A stretch of 64,000 nt of DNA from Candidatus Obscuribacterales bacterium (GTDB taxonomy: Bacteria > Cyanobacteriota > Vampirovibrionia > Obscuribacterales > Obscuribacteraceae): contig CBDDIJ010000003.1 of assembly GCA_965228855.1 (NCBI GenBank), positions 1,472,001-1,536,000 on the forward strand, in the 5' to 3' direction. The position numbers and the translations under genes were made by a program. Below the pieces are notes generated by a model. It was not told the origin of the DNA, made no database searches, and saw nothing but the letters and a program-made list of their open reading frames with translations. Below are positions 46,024-54,919 of the stretch, in pieces. Position 1 is the stretch's first letter; every line of letters starts with the position of its first letter.

Positions 46024-47903
46024 CTGATTGAAACCGTTGATCTGGCAGCTGGAACGACGGCCGCTGTGAGCGGGAGCCAGGAAGCGCCCTCTTTTCCAAC
46101 GACAAGGCGCGCATTGAAACGCCCGTCGTTCCTCGCTGGATAATCAGAGCGCCAGTGAGCACCTCGCGATTCTTCTCTGAGCAATGCGGATTTTGCGATT
46201 AGAAGCCCGAGCGTGAACGGCACCGTCTGCGGTGCATCCCGATATGTGTTGATCAACGTCGTCAAACCTGATTCGCTTCTAACGAGACCGGCGGCGCCGA
46301 AGAGATCTCGGCGAAACGATTCCGCCAGTTTAGCTGGTGATTTACCGGACCAAGCACCGATGGAACCCGCGAGATTAAGGTAGAGTGAATCAGGGTCCGT
46401 GCTCTGATTGCGATACTCCAGAGGTCTGGTGGAAAGATTTAGCGATGCTCTAATTTCCTTTTCAAAACCTTTTGCAAGGAGTTGCGCAAGTTTCAATGCC
46501 ATCACGCCGCCCTCTAGCAGGGAGTTGCTGGCCAGCCGGTTTGCTCCATGGAGACCGGTGCTTGCGCATTCGCCTATTGCAAACAAGCCGGATAGCGTAG
46601 TACGCCCGATTTCATCAGTCAGAATTCCGCCCATGAAGTAGTGCGCGGCTGGAGATACTGGAACGCTTTCAACCAGTGGGTCTATGCCGAAGGTTCTCAG
46701 TTTCGCCACGATGTTGGGGAACTGTTCCAGAAGTTTCTCGGCGCCTATCGGACGCATGTCTAGCCAGGCGCAATCGGTTTTCTCCTCGATCATGTTTGAG
46801 AAGATTGCGCGTGAAACGATGTCGCGTGTTGCAAGTTCTCCGGAGGGATGATATTTGCGCATAAATCGATCGGCGTTCTTGTTTAAAAGAACCGCTCCGG
46901 CGCCTCGTGCGGCTTCAGAGATGAGAAAAGCGGGCGTGCCAGGGAGGTGCAGAGCTGTAGGGTGGAATTGCACGAATTCGAGGTCTGCCAGATGCGCGCC
47001 GGCCCGGAAAGCGGCAGCGATACCGTCGCCGGTGGCAGTGCTCGGGTTAGTTGTTCGAGAGTAGATTTGTCCTAAACCGCCGGTCGCAAGAACGATGATG
47101 TCACCTTCAATAACGATATCGCCTTCACTGGCACATCCGCTTTCGGCGTGGTCGGCTGATGAGGTTCGGAGAGCAGGAGCGTTGAATTGATTGAGCGTGC
47201 CACCAATGGCGGTGCCACCAGTTGCGGTGCCCGGAGCCGGGGTGACACCGGCAGCGATGCCACCAGTCGAGGTTCTACCAGTCGCGGTTTCACCTGTAGC
47301 GATGCGACCAAATGCGGCGCCCACAGTAGCGGCGCCACTAGTAGCGGCGCACACAGCCGTAGGACCCACAGTTATGGCGCACGAAGCGATTATGCCGCAG
47401 ACGCGATCGTTTTCTACCAGTATCTCTTTGAGCAAGCAGTTTTCGACAACCTTGACTCTCTTGCGTTGTTTTACTGCGGAAATCAGAGCATCCACGATCG
47501 CTCGACCGGTTGCATCCGCGCTATGCAAAACGCGCGCTAGACGGTGCCCACCTTCAAGTGCAAGTGAGCCCGCGTCGAAATGGACACCGTGGAGGGCGAG
47601 ACTGTTTACGAGTTTGGCACCATCGGCGATGATTCGTTCGGCAACGATTGGATCTGTCAAACCGTCCCCGGCAGCGATTGTGTCGGCGAGGTGTTGCTCC
47701 TTCGTGTCGGCTGTGTTCATATCGGTTACGGCTGCCAGACCGCCCTGCGCCCATGCGGTATTCGATTCCTCCAGGCGCCCCTTCGTGACCAGGATCACAT
47801 CGCGCCCCTCATCTGCGAGTTCGATGGAAAGAAGCAATCCAGCGATGCCGGAGCCGACTACGATAATTGGATTTCCGTTGAAGCGATCTACTCGATTTTT
47901 CAT
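46020..47903 (-). CDS. nadB: L-aspartate oxidase
   Basis: GSGIAGL, SNTAWAQGG, EGGH, LATGG, EFVQFHPT, LISEAARG, HYFMGG, GLHGANRLASNSLLEG and ESRGAH motifs. Directly downstream of nadA. Confidence 0.95.
   Translation of the reverse strand: MKNRVDRFNGNPIIVVGSGIAGLLLSIELADEGRDVILVTKGRLEESNTAWAQGGLAAVTDMNTADTKEQHLADTIAAGDGLTDPIVAERIIADGAKLVNSLALHGVHFDAGSLALEGGHRLARVLHSADATGRAIVDALISAVKQRKRVKVVENCLLKEILVENDRVCGIIASCAITVGPTAVCAATSGAATVGAAFGRIATGETATGRTSTGGIAAGVTPAPGTATGGTAIGGTLNQFNAPALRTSSADHAESGCASEGDIVIEGDIIVLATGGLGQIYSRTTNPSTATGDGIAAAFRAGAHLADLEFVQFHPTALHLPGTPAFLISEAARGAGAVLLNKNADRFMRKYHPSGELATRDIVSRAIFSNMIEEKTDCAWLDMRPIGAEKLLEQFPNIVAKLRTFGIDPLVESVPVSPAAHYFMGGILTDEIGRTTLSGLFAIGECASTGLHGANRLASNSLLEGGVMALKLAQLLAKGFEKEIRASLNLSTRPLEYRNQSTDPDSLYLNLAGSIGAWSGKSPAKLAESFRRDLFGAAGLVRSESGLTTLINTYRDAPQTVPFTLGLLIAKSALLREESRGAHWRSDYPARNDGRFNARLVVGKEGASWLPLTAAVVPAARSTVSIS
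47194..47373 (-). repeat. In-frame degenerate 15-bp tandem repeat (12 units) inside nadB
   Basis: Units such as GCGGTGCCACCAGTT and GCGATGCCACCAGTC encode T(G/V/S)GxA-type pentapeptides. Confidence 0.8.
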
Positions 47904-48001
47904 GAGACCCACCTCCTCTGAGGCGTTAATGGACTTGACAGACAAGGCGCTTCCGCACAAATGTGCTGCGGAGTGTATTGTTTAAAACACGAATCAAGCG
48001 A

Positions 48002-48982
48002 CTAGAATATATTGATCATTCGCTCGATCGATGTAAGGGCGCGGACCCGAATATCTTCGGGAACGGTTACTTGGAAGACATTCTCCTTAAGGGAATGATG
48101 GAGTTTTTCCAGCGTTATCATCTTCATGAATTGGCAGCTCATCTCGTTGTCGATTGGATAGAACGTCTTATCCGGATTCTCTTTCTTCAGTCGATGGAGA
48201 ATGCCAATTTCTGTGGCTACGACAAATTCTTCAGCGTCGGATTCAGAAGCGCGGCGAATCATCCCCTCAGTGGACGCCACTTTCAATGAGTCCGTGTTTC
48301 CTTGAGTGCGACATACACGATCAAGATACGGTGTTAAACAGCCGCATTCGGGATGTATAAGCAGTTCCGCTCTGGGATGCTCCCGTGTCATCTCGTCTAT
48401 CTTTCGCGGATGAACGGCGGCGTGAACGTGGCACTCACCCATCCAGATGTGCATATTTTTTCTGCCTGTCATTTTCTGACACCATGACCCCAAAAACTGG
48501 TCAGGAAGAAACAGAATTTCTTTATCCTCAGGTATTGATTGAACCACTTTCAGCGCATTACCGGAGGTGCAGCAATAATCGGTCTCCGCCTTGATCGCAG
48601 CAGTCGTATTGACGTAGGACACTACCACTGCATCGGGATGTTCTGTCTTCCAAGCCTTCAGCTGGTCAAGATCAATCGAGGCGGCTAGTGAGCAGCCGGC
48701 TTCAAGGTCAGGAATCAGCACCCGTTTTTCGGGACAAAGAATTGCTGCCGTCTCCGCCATGAAGTGAACGCCGCAGAAAACGATTGTGTCTGCTTGTGCT
48801 TTCGCCGCTTGTTGAGACAATCCAAGCGAGTCGCCTACGAAATCAGCAACATCTTGAATTTCGGCGATTTGATAGTTATGAGCGAGAATAACGGCGTTCT
48901 TTTTCTTGGCGATCTCCTTAATCTCATGAGAGAGGTCTCTCACGTAGGAGTCGTTTTTCATGGTGGCGATGGTTCTACTCAT
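48002..48982 (-). CDS. nadA: Quinolinate synthase
   Basis: LAHNYQ, GDSLGL, FCGVHFMAE, AGCSLA, YVNT, CHVH, HPEC and CQFMK motifs. GGAGG RBS before ATG 48982. Confidence 0.97.
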   Translation of the reverse strand: MSRTIATMKNDSYVRDLSHEIKEIAKKKNAVILAHNYQIAEIQDVADFVGDSLGLSQQAAKAQADTIVFCGVHFMAETAAILCPEKRVLIPDLEAGCSLAASIDLDQLKAWKTEHPDAVVVSYVNTTAAIKAETDYCCTSGNALKVVQSIPEDKEILFLPDQFLGSWCQKMTGRKNMHIWMGECHVHAAVHPRKIDEMTREHPRAELLIHPECGCLTPYLDRVCRTQGNTDSLKVASTEGMIRRASESDAEEFVVATEIGILHRLKKENPDKTFYPIDNEMSCQFMKMITLEKLHHSLKENVFQVTVPEDIRVRALTSIERMINIF

Positions 48983-49036
48983 TTTTATGACCTCCACCGA
49001 GCTTGTTTGGATTGCATTTGAGAAACTCTTACTCGG

Positions 49037-49057
49037 TAAACGTATTTTTGACGCTAA
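49037..49057. promoter_or_regulatory. NrtR operator upstream of nadA-nadB
   Basis: 21-bp imperfect palindrome TTAGC-GT-CAAAAAT-AC-GTTTA (minus strand) matching the NrtR GT-N7-AC core. It lies 55 bp upstream of nadA and next to nrtR. Confidence 0.8.
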
Positions 49058-49263
49058 TTGCACTTTATCACAGTTTTAAACAGTCGGCACTCCTTCGTAA
49101 CGTCTATGCAAAGAATTAAGCATTCTCCGGGGTTTGTCGGATGGACGCCTTCGGATCTCGTCTCGCAAGTATCCAGCATTCCTACGTTTACGAGTGCGAG
49201 TCATGGCAAACTAATTGACGCCTGTTCCCGGACGGCCCTGCCACCATCGCCCCTCGCCTTTTT

Positions 49264-49320
49264 CTGTATACCGATATCGGTATACGATCTTTTGATCGCA
49301 GTCCGATATCGGTATACGAT
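49264..49320. repeat. Palindromic repeat array, two copies
   Basis: Cores at 49271 and 49303 (period 32). Confidence 0.9.
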
Positions 49321-49378
49321 GACAGAAAACCGTAAACGACCAGCAGAGTGGCGTTTGCGACGACGCTAAAACTGAGGT

Positions 49379-50056
49379 CTAAAAAACGAACACCGGCCGG
49401 TCCGGCAGTTTTTCAAAATCGGGCTCGCTAAATTCGTACAGCCTGGCCGGGCGGAATGAGCCCTCCTGGCTTGTCTCGTCAAGTTGCTTAAGGATGCCGG
49501 CGCCCAGAAACTTTTTGCGAAAGTTTCGATTATCGATTTCGTGATCAAGAATGGCTTCGTAAACGACTTGTAGATCGCGCAGCGTGAATTTCTTTGGTAA
49601 TAGCGAAAAGGCTGCGGGCGTGTATTCGATTTTGTATTTCAGTCGCTTGAGACCATACGCGATAATTTCAGCATGATCGAAGGCAAGTGCGGGAAGTTCT
49701 TTAAGCGGCCACCAGGCGACGCCCGAGGCGTCGGAACTTGCTTTGATCTCTAGCTCTTCTTCTCGAAGGAGGGCGAGGTAAGAAACGGTGACGACTCGTC
49801 CTCGGGGATCACGTCCCTGATCGCCAAAAGAATAAAGCTGCTCCAGATAGACTCGCGATACGTTTGTCTCCTCGAATAGCTCTCGTTCGGCTGCCGCATC
49901 GAGCGTTCTGTCGGCATCCGTGACAAAACCGCCAGGTAGCGCCCATGACGATTTGAATGGATCGTATTTCCTCTTAACGAGGAGAATCTCGAGCGCACCT
50001 TGCTGGACGGCAAAAGCCAGGATATCAACGGTTACTTTTACGGGTTCGGTTGCCAT
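49379..50056 (-). CDS. nrtR: NrtR: Nudix plus winged-helix regulator of NAD metabolism
   Basis: Nudix box WALPGGF...AAERELFEET, YLEQLYSFG...RDPRGRV, LAFDH, and the wHTH FTLRDLQVVYE...NFRKK...RPARLY. Adjacent to nadAB. Confidence 0.92.
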   Translation of the reverse strand: MATEPVKVTVDILAFAVQQGALEILLVKRKYDPFKSSWALPGGFVTDADRTLDAAAERELFEETNVSRVYLEQLYSFGDQGRDPRGRVVTVSYLALLREEELEIKASSDASGVAWWPLKELPALAFDHAEIIAYGLKRLKYKIEYTPAAFSLLPKKFTLRDLQVVYEAILDHEIDNRNFRKKFLGAGILKQLDETSQEGSFRPARLYEFSEPDFEKLPDRPVFVF

Positions 50057-50125
50057 GTTTCGATGTCAAGCTTTAAATCATCAGACCAGCGTCTACTGAC
50101 TTTATCACGTTGAGATTTTAGCCAG

Positions 50126-51271
50126 TCAAACTTTATAACACACTGATTGATCGAAAGATCTCATTTGTCCGGTCTTAACTATGGCCTCAAACACGAGATC
50201 GCGCACAGGCAGGACGAGTATGCTCTCTTGTTGACCAACTTCACCGGCACGTCTGGAGTCCATGATAATCTGCGCGGTCCGTTTCTTTCTAAGTCGTGAA
50301 TAACGAGCAAACGCATATCTGTAGTCGGTGTGTTTTTGCAGGCAAGCTGTTATGACGGCTGCATCTTCAAGAGCCATGCATGCTCCTTGACCGAGATTCG
50401 GGGTTGTCGGATGTGCGGCATCACCCATCAACAGAACGCGCTCATTTATCCAGCGTCCGACGGGATCGCGATCGTAAATGTCGTTTTTAAGATAATCATC
50501 ACTCTCGGTATGTTTGAAAATGGAAGTAACCTCGTCCGGGTAATCGGCGAAACGTTCAAGCACGTCATGTTTTCGTTCGTCACCGCTGTCTTTTTTTCCA
50601 GCGGATACATTTGCCGTTGCGTACCAGCACACAGTGTCGTATCCGACGTCAAATATTCCTACTTGCGCGCCCGGTCCGATGTAGTGCTTGATGTCACCGC
50701 GGGCGGTGACACCAGATGGAACTCTCGTCACTCCTCGCCAGCAGGTATAGCCGGAATATTTTTTATTATCGTGATTGAGTATCGACTTGCGTGCCTTTGA
50801 ATGAAATCCTTCGCAATCGAGAAGGATGTCGCCGGACTCGACATGACCGTTGGCAAAATGAGCATGAACAGTTGATCCGTTTTGAGTGTATGAAACAAAT
50901 TCGTGGTTGAATTTTATCGAGTCCGGGGATTCGAGTTGACTTTCCAGAGCCTGCATCAGTCGCATTCTATGAATGGATAGATGACAAACCCCCATTGACG
51001 ATTCGCTTTTCTTCAGGTCAACTGTGCCGAGACTGCGACCTTTTGAGTTTAGAAATTCGAAGTGCTGCACGACTTGACCAGCTTCCAATACTGGCTCGTG
51101 GAGTGCCATTCGCTTAAGTGCATAGATGCCATTGGACCACAATGTCAAGCCGGCGCCGACCTCACGGAAAGAATCATTGCGTTCAAAAAGCGCAACAGCG
51201 AAACCAGCTTTCGTTAGCGAAAGTGCGGTCGCCAAGCCACAAATTCCGCCGCCTACAATAATTACTTTCAT
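50126..51271 (-). CDS. FAD-dependent monooxygenase (UbiH/salicylate hydroxylase family)
   Basis: GGGICGL, CEGFHS (DG-motif position) and LMGDAAHPTTPNLGQGACMALED. Confidence 0.92.
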   Translation of the reverse strand: MKVIIVGGGICGLATALSLTKAGFAVALFERNDSFREVGAGLTLWSNGIYALKRMALHEPVLEAGQVVQHFEFLNSKGRSLGTVDLKKSESSMGVCHLSIHRMRLMQALESQLESPDSIKFNHEFVSYTQNGSTVHAHFANGHVESGDILLDCEGFHSKARKSILNHDNKKYSGYTCWRGVTRVPSGVTARGDIKHYIGPGAQVGIFDVGYDTVCWYATANVSAGKKDSGDERKHDVLERFADYPDEVTSIFKHTESDDYLKNDIYDRDPVGRWINERVLLMGDAAHPTTPNLGQGACMALEDAAVITACLQKHTDYRYAFARYSRLRKKRTAQIIMDSRRAGEVGQQESILVLPVRDLVFEAIVKTGQMRSFDQSVCYKV

Positions 51272-51280
51272 GGACAAACG

Positions 51281-51334
51281 CGTATTCCGATATCGATGTG
51301 AGTTTTGAGTCTAAACATAACCGATTTCGGTTTC
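51281..51334. repeat. Palindromic repeat array, two degenerate copies
   Basis: CCGATATCGA at 51287 and CCGATTTCGG at 51321 (period 34). Confidence 0.7.
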
Positions 51335-51595
51335 AAACTGTTGTCTGTTCATGGATGATTGCGGCGGGCTTTATCTCTTACTACGGCTAAGCTGCGAGTC
51401 TGTCTTTTAACAGGCGTTGCAAGGATTCAGTCGCTTTATGTTTGTAAAACGGCTACGACACAGTGTCAGGCAGTATCCTTAATTATGACCGCGACTTTGG
51501 CGGCTGTTTTCAAACTTTCGCCTCTGTGGGGTTGAACAATCTGCTCCGTTCGACCATGCTATTAAAACGCCTGTGGCGTTTTCAAGGAGGTCTCG

Positions 51596-52069
51596 ATGAG
51601 TAACGAGGGCGATCACGGGAAAATACACGATTCGCTCACAGCTCGGCTGTTTGTGCTCGTCGACGATGAAGACCGCACGCGCGCAACGATGGAAACGCGC
51701 GACAAAGGGAATGCGGTTTTGACGCTGCTGGATGTCAATGAACGGCCAAGAATCGAGCTTGGTGTTGGGAATGACGGCAAGGGTTTGATTACTCTCTGGG
51801 ACGCGAGTTCACGTCCACGAGCCTTTATGACGGTTGACCCGCGCTCCGACGATTTCGTTTTTGCGGCACTGGATGGCACTGGTGAAACGCGATTCACGCT
51901 TCAGGTTCGAGGTGACGGCAGTGCGGCGCAGCTCGGACTGGGAGGTAAAGAATTGTCGGTATTGCTCAGTCACGCCGAAGGGCGTGCCGGGCGGATTATT
52001 ACTTGCGATCCGGATGGCGAAGTCAAGTTTTGTTCGGAAACCCTGGAGGACGATGCCGAAACCGTTTAG
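51596..52069 (+). CDS. Hypothetical protein with short beta-strand repeats
   Basis: AAGGAGG RBS. Repeating LxLxDxxxRxR units of about 21 aa. Confidence 0.75.
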   Translation: MSNEGDHGKIHDSLTARLFVLVDDEDRTRATMETRDKGNAVLTLLDVNERPRIELGVGNDGKGLITLWDASSRPRAFMTVDPRSDDFVFAALDGTGETRFTLQVRGDGSAAQLGLGGKELSVLLSHAEGRAGRIITCDPDGEVKFCSETLEDDAETV

Positions 52070-52084
52070 TCCGCCGCGAGTTCT

Positions 52085-53719
52085 TTACTTTCCTTCGTTA
52101 TCCAAAAGTGCAGTGAGCGCGCTTATCGAGTCTGCGTCTTGAATTGTTTTGTCAGTCCGCCAGCGCAGAATACGCGGGAATCGCACAGCCACTCCTGACT
52201 TGTGACGCGTCGATGCCTGAATTCCTTCAAACGCGATCTCGAAAACGAGTTCGGGTTTGACGGTGCGTACCGGACCGAATTTTTCCAGTGTGTTTTTGCG
52301 AACAAAAGCATCAACCTGTCGAATCTCAGCGTCAGTTAGCCCGCTGTATGCCTTCGCCACTGATACCAGTTTTCCGTCCCGCCACACGCCGAACGTATAA
52401 TCAGTGTAGAGACTCGCGCGTTTGCCGGAGCCTTTTTGAGCCGAGATCAAAACGGCGTCCACCGAGTAAGGATCGATTTTCCACTTCCACCAGTCGCCTT
52501 TTCGTCGACCTACTCCATACTTGGACGTGGCTCGCTTGAGCATCAATCCCTCGACCTTCAGAGCGCGCGAGGTTTCACGCATAGCAGCAAGTTCAGTCCA
52601 GCTAGTTCCACCTGTAAGTGGGGAAACGCGAAGCACCGGATTTAGTTGCGCGCGACAACTCGGGGCCTCATCCAGCGCGCCTGGAGTAAGAAGTCCCGTC
52701 AATAAGCGACGGCGAACCGCAAGCGATTCGGCGCGTTTATCCTCGCCGTTCAGTTCCAAAAGATCGAAGCACATGAAAATTACAGGAGCTTCGGCAAGCA
52801 GTTTTTTAGAAACCGTTTTTCTGGTAATTCTGGTCTGCAAATCATGAAACGGCAAGACTTCCGCGTCCTTCCAGGCCAGAATTTCGCCATCAAGGACGGT
52901 GCCGTTCGGTAAACACTCCGCCGCGTCGGTTATCTCAGGGAATCTTTCTGTGACAAGCTCTTCACCGCGTGACCAGATGAAAACCTGACCGTCTCGCTTG
53001 ACCAGTTGCGCTCTGATTCCGTCCCATTTCCATTCGGCGTACCATTCGGAAAAGTCACCGAGGATTTCAGACGGATTTTCGAGAGGATAAGACAGAAAGA
53101 ATGGATAGGGCTTGCTCGATTCGGTGTCGCCTGTGTCTTCATGAACAAGAGCTTTGAAAAATTCTTCTGTCGGTTTCCATTCACCCATGAGACGATGGGC
53201 GATGGTTGCTTCATCTAGACCGGAGGATTTTGCGAGTGCATTTATGACCAGTTGCTGCGAAACACCGAGGCGCAAAGAACCATTGATGATTTTGTTGAGA
53301 ACGAAACGTCCCGTCTCTGAAAGTTTCATCCAGAGATTGACGATACCGGCACGCTGCTCTTCAGGCGTTGAGTCGCGCAGTGGAAGCAGATGTTCCTCAA
53401 CCAGTTGCGACAGTGGGATATCGATTGTTGCGCTTGAGGGAACGGGTGGAAGCAACAAAGCCAGGGTCTCACCGAGGTCGCCGACTGAGTCGTAGCACTC
53501 TTGAAACATCCAGGGCGCTATACCGGAAAGCTCCATGGTCCATTCAGCCAGACGAGCGCGCGGGATGAGTTGGCGGATTTTTCTACCGGTCAAAAAATAG
53601 ACGCCCCAAGCAGCGTCCGCAGGCGGAGCGCTCTCAAAATAGTCACGAAGAATGGCTGTCTTCTCGCTCGTTTTGTTGGTTTCATCCAGAGAGATAAAGA
53701 GCTGCGAGAATCTATTCAT
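52085..53719 (-). CDS. ATP-dependent DNA ligase (Lhr/MBL-exonuclease-associated type)
   Basis: EWKWDGIR adenylation motif, LDGEI, FDLL, EGLMLK, WWKWK and VAVRFPRILRWR. Start overlaps the upstream exonuclease stop. Confidence 0.95.
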   Translation of the reverse strand: MNRFSQLFISLDETNKTSEKTAILRDYFESAPPADAAWGVYFLTGRKIRQLIPRARLAEWTMELSGIAPWMFQECYDSVGDLGETLALLLPPVPSSATIDIPLSQLVEEHLLPLRDSTPEEQRAGIVNLWMKLSETGRFVLNKIINGSLRLGVSQQLVINALAKSSGLDEATIAHRLMGEWKPTEEFFKALVHEDTGDTESSKPYPFFLSYPLENPSEILGDFSEWYAEWKWDGIRAQLVKRDGQVFIWSRGEELVTERFPEITDAAECLPNGTVLDGEILAWKDAEVLPFHDLQTRITRKTVSKKLLAEAPVIFMCFDLLELNGEDKRAESLAVRRRLLTGLLTPGALDEAPSCRAQLNPVLRVSPLTGGTSWTELAAMRETSRALKVEGLMLKRATSKYGVGRRKGDWWKWKIDPYSVDAVLISAQKGSGKRASLYTDYTFGVWRDGKLVSVAKAYSGLTDAEIRQVDAFVRKNTLEKFGPVRTVKPELVFEIAFEGIQASTRHKSGVAVRFPRILRWRTDKTIQDADSISALTALLDNEGK

Positions 53720-54860
53720 TGGCAGTATTCCCGTCGAAGATTTTATTTTCAGAAGTGTTAGTCTGTTCACCTTCCATGTCAGAAGCGTTGACGTCCGTTT
53801 CCGAAGCACTGACGTCGGTCTCCGAAGCGTTGACGTCGGTTTCCGAAGCTATGCCTTGTTCAACTTCGGCTTCTTCCGCTTCTCCGGCAAACTGGGTTTC
53901 CATGGTATCGGCATCGATACCATGATCTTTCAGATAGCGAACGAGCACGTCGCTGTAACCGTGAGTAACAAATATTTTCTTCGCGCCCGTTTCCTTTATC
54001 GTGCGCAGAAGTGAATACCAGTCAGCATGATCGGAGAGCGTAAAGCCACGATCGACAGCATGACGTCGCCGCATTCCGCGAATGCGCATCCAGCCGGAGG
54101 CAAACGCCGTTGAAACCGTTCCGAACCTCCGTGTCCAGGCGCTGCCCAGCACTGCCGGCGGTGCCACGATCAAAGCACCGGAATAATCGATCTTCTGTTT
54201 CGTCAACGGCACGCGAGTCGTTTCGGGGATGGGAACGCCGGAGAGACGGTAAATTTCGTTGATCGGCTCGATCGCGCCATGGGTGTAGATAGGTCCAATG
54301 GAGCTATCTACTCCGAGGAGCAATCGCTGTGCTTTGCCGAGAGAGTAGCCGAGTAAGAGGCTTGATTTGCCTTCGTCGCGATTTTTGCGCCACCAGCTGT
54401 TTATCGCCTCAAATACTTCTGTATCCGGCGTCCATGAATAAATTGGCAAACCGAAAGTCGACTCGGTGATGAATGTATCACACGGAACAACTTCAAATGG
54501 CTCGCAGGTCGGATCGGGATCGCGTTTATAGTCGCCGGAAACGACCCATACTTCACCATCATGCTGGACACGCACCTGCGCGGAGCCGAGTATGTGACCG
54601 GCAGGATGGAGTGAAACCTCGACGCCATTGAACTTTATCGTCTGTCCGTACTCGAGCGCGTGGATGTTCAAATCTTCGCCCAGACGGTATCGCAAGATTC
54701 CGGAACCGCGATCTACACAGTAATAGGCAGTGTTATATCTACGAGCGTGGTCCGAGTGGGCATGAGTGACGACGGCCCGCTCGACTGGGCGCCAGGGATC
54801 TATGTAAAAGTCCCCGGCCGGACAATACAGACCTTTATTAGTTGCGACTATCATCGGCAT
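53712..54860 (-). CDS. Ligase-associated DNA damage response exonuclease (MBL/beta-CASP fold)
   Basis: GLYCPAGDFYIDPW, THAHSDHA, AGHILGS, SGDYK, TESTFG, YSLGKAQR, SDHADW and VTHG motifs. Confidence 0.93.
   Translation of the reverse strand: MPMIVATNKGLYCPAGDFYIDPWRPVERAVVTHAHSDHARRYNTAYYCVDRGSGILRYRLGEDLNIHALEYGQTIKFNGVEVSLHPAGHILGSAQVRVQHDGEVWVVSGDYKRDPDPTCEPFEVVPCDTFITESTFGLPIYSWTPDTEVFEAINSWWRKNRDEGKSSLLLGYSLGKAQRLLLGVDSSIGPIYTHGAIEPINEIYRLSGVPIPETTRVPLTKQKIDYSGALIVAPPAVLGSAWTRRFGTVSTAFASGWMRIRGMRRRHAVDRGFTLSDHADWYSLLRTIKETGAKKIFVTHGYSDVLVRYLKDHGIDADTMETQFAGEAEEAEVEQGIASETDVNASETDVSASETDVNASDMEGEQTNTSENKIFDGNTANE
53782..53849 (-). repeat. In-frame 21-bp tandem repeat, three copies plus a partial, encoding ASETDV(N/S)
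   Basis: GAAGCGTTGACGTCCGTTTCC-type units at 53782, 53803 and 53824. Confidence 0.9.
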
Positions 54861-54919
54861 GTCTATAGGATAACAATTGAACGAGGGAATTGGGTGAACG
54901 CTGCGGTACAATCTGGGAT

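Noticed and set aside
47125..47378. NadB insertion as an intein
   Set aside because: It has no terminal His-Asn or intein block motifs and is explained by 15-bp tandem repeats.
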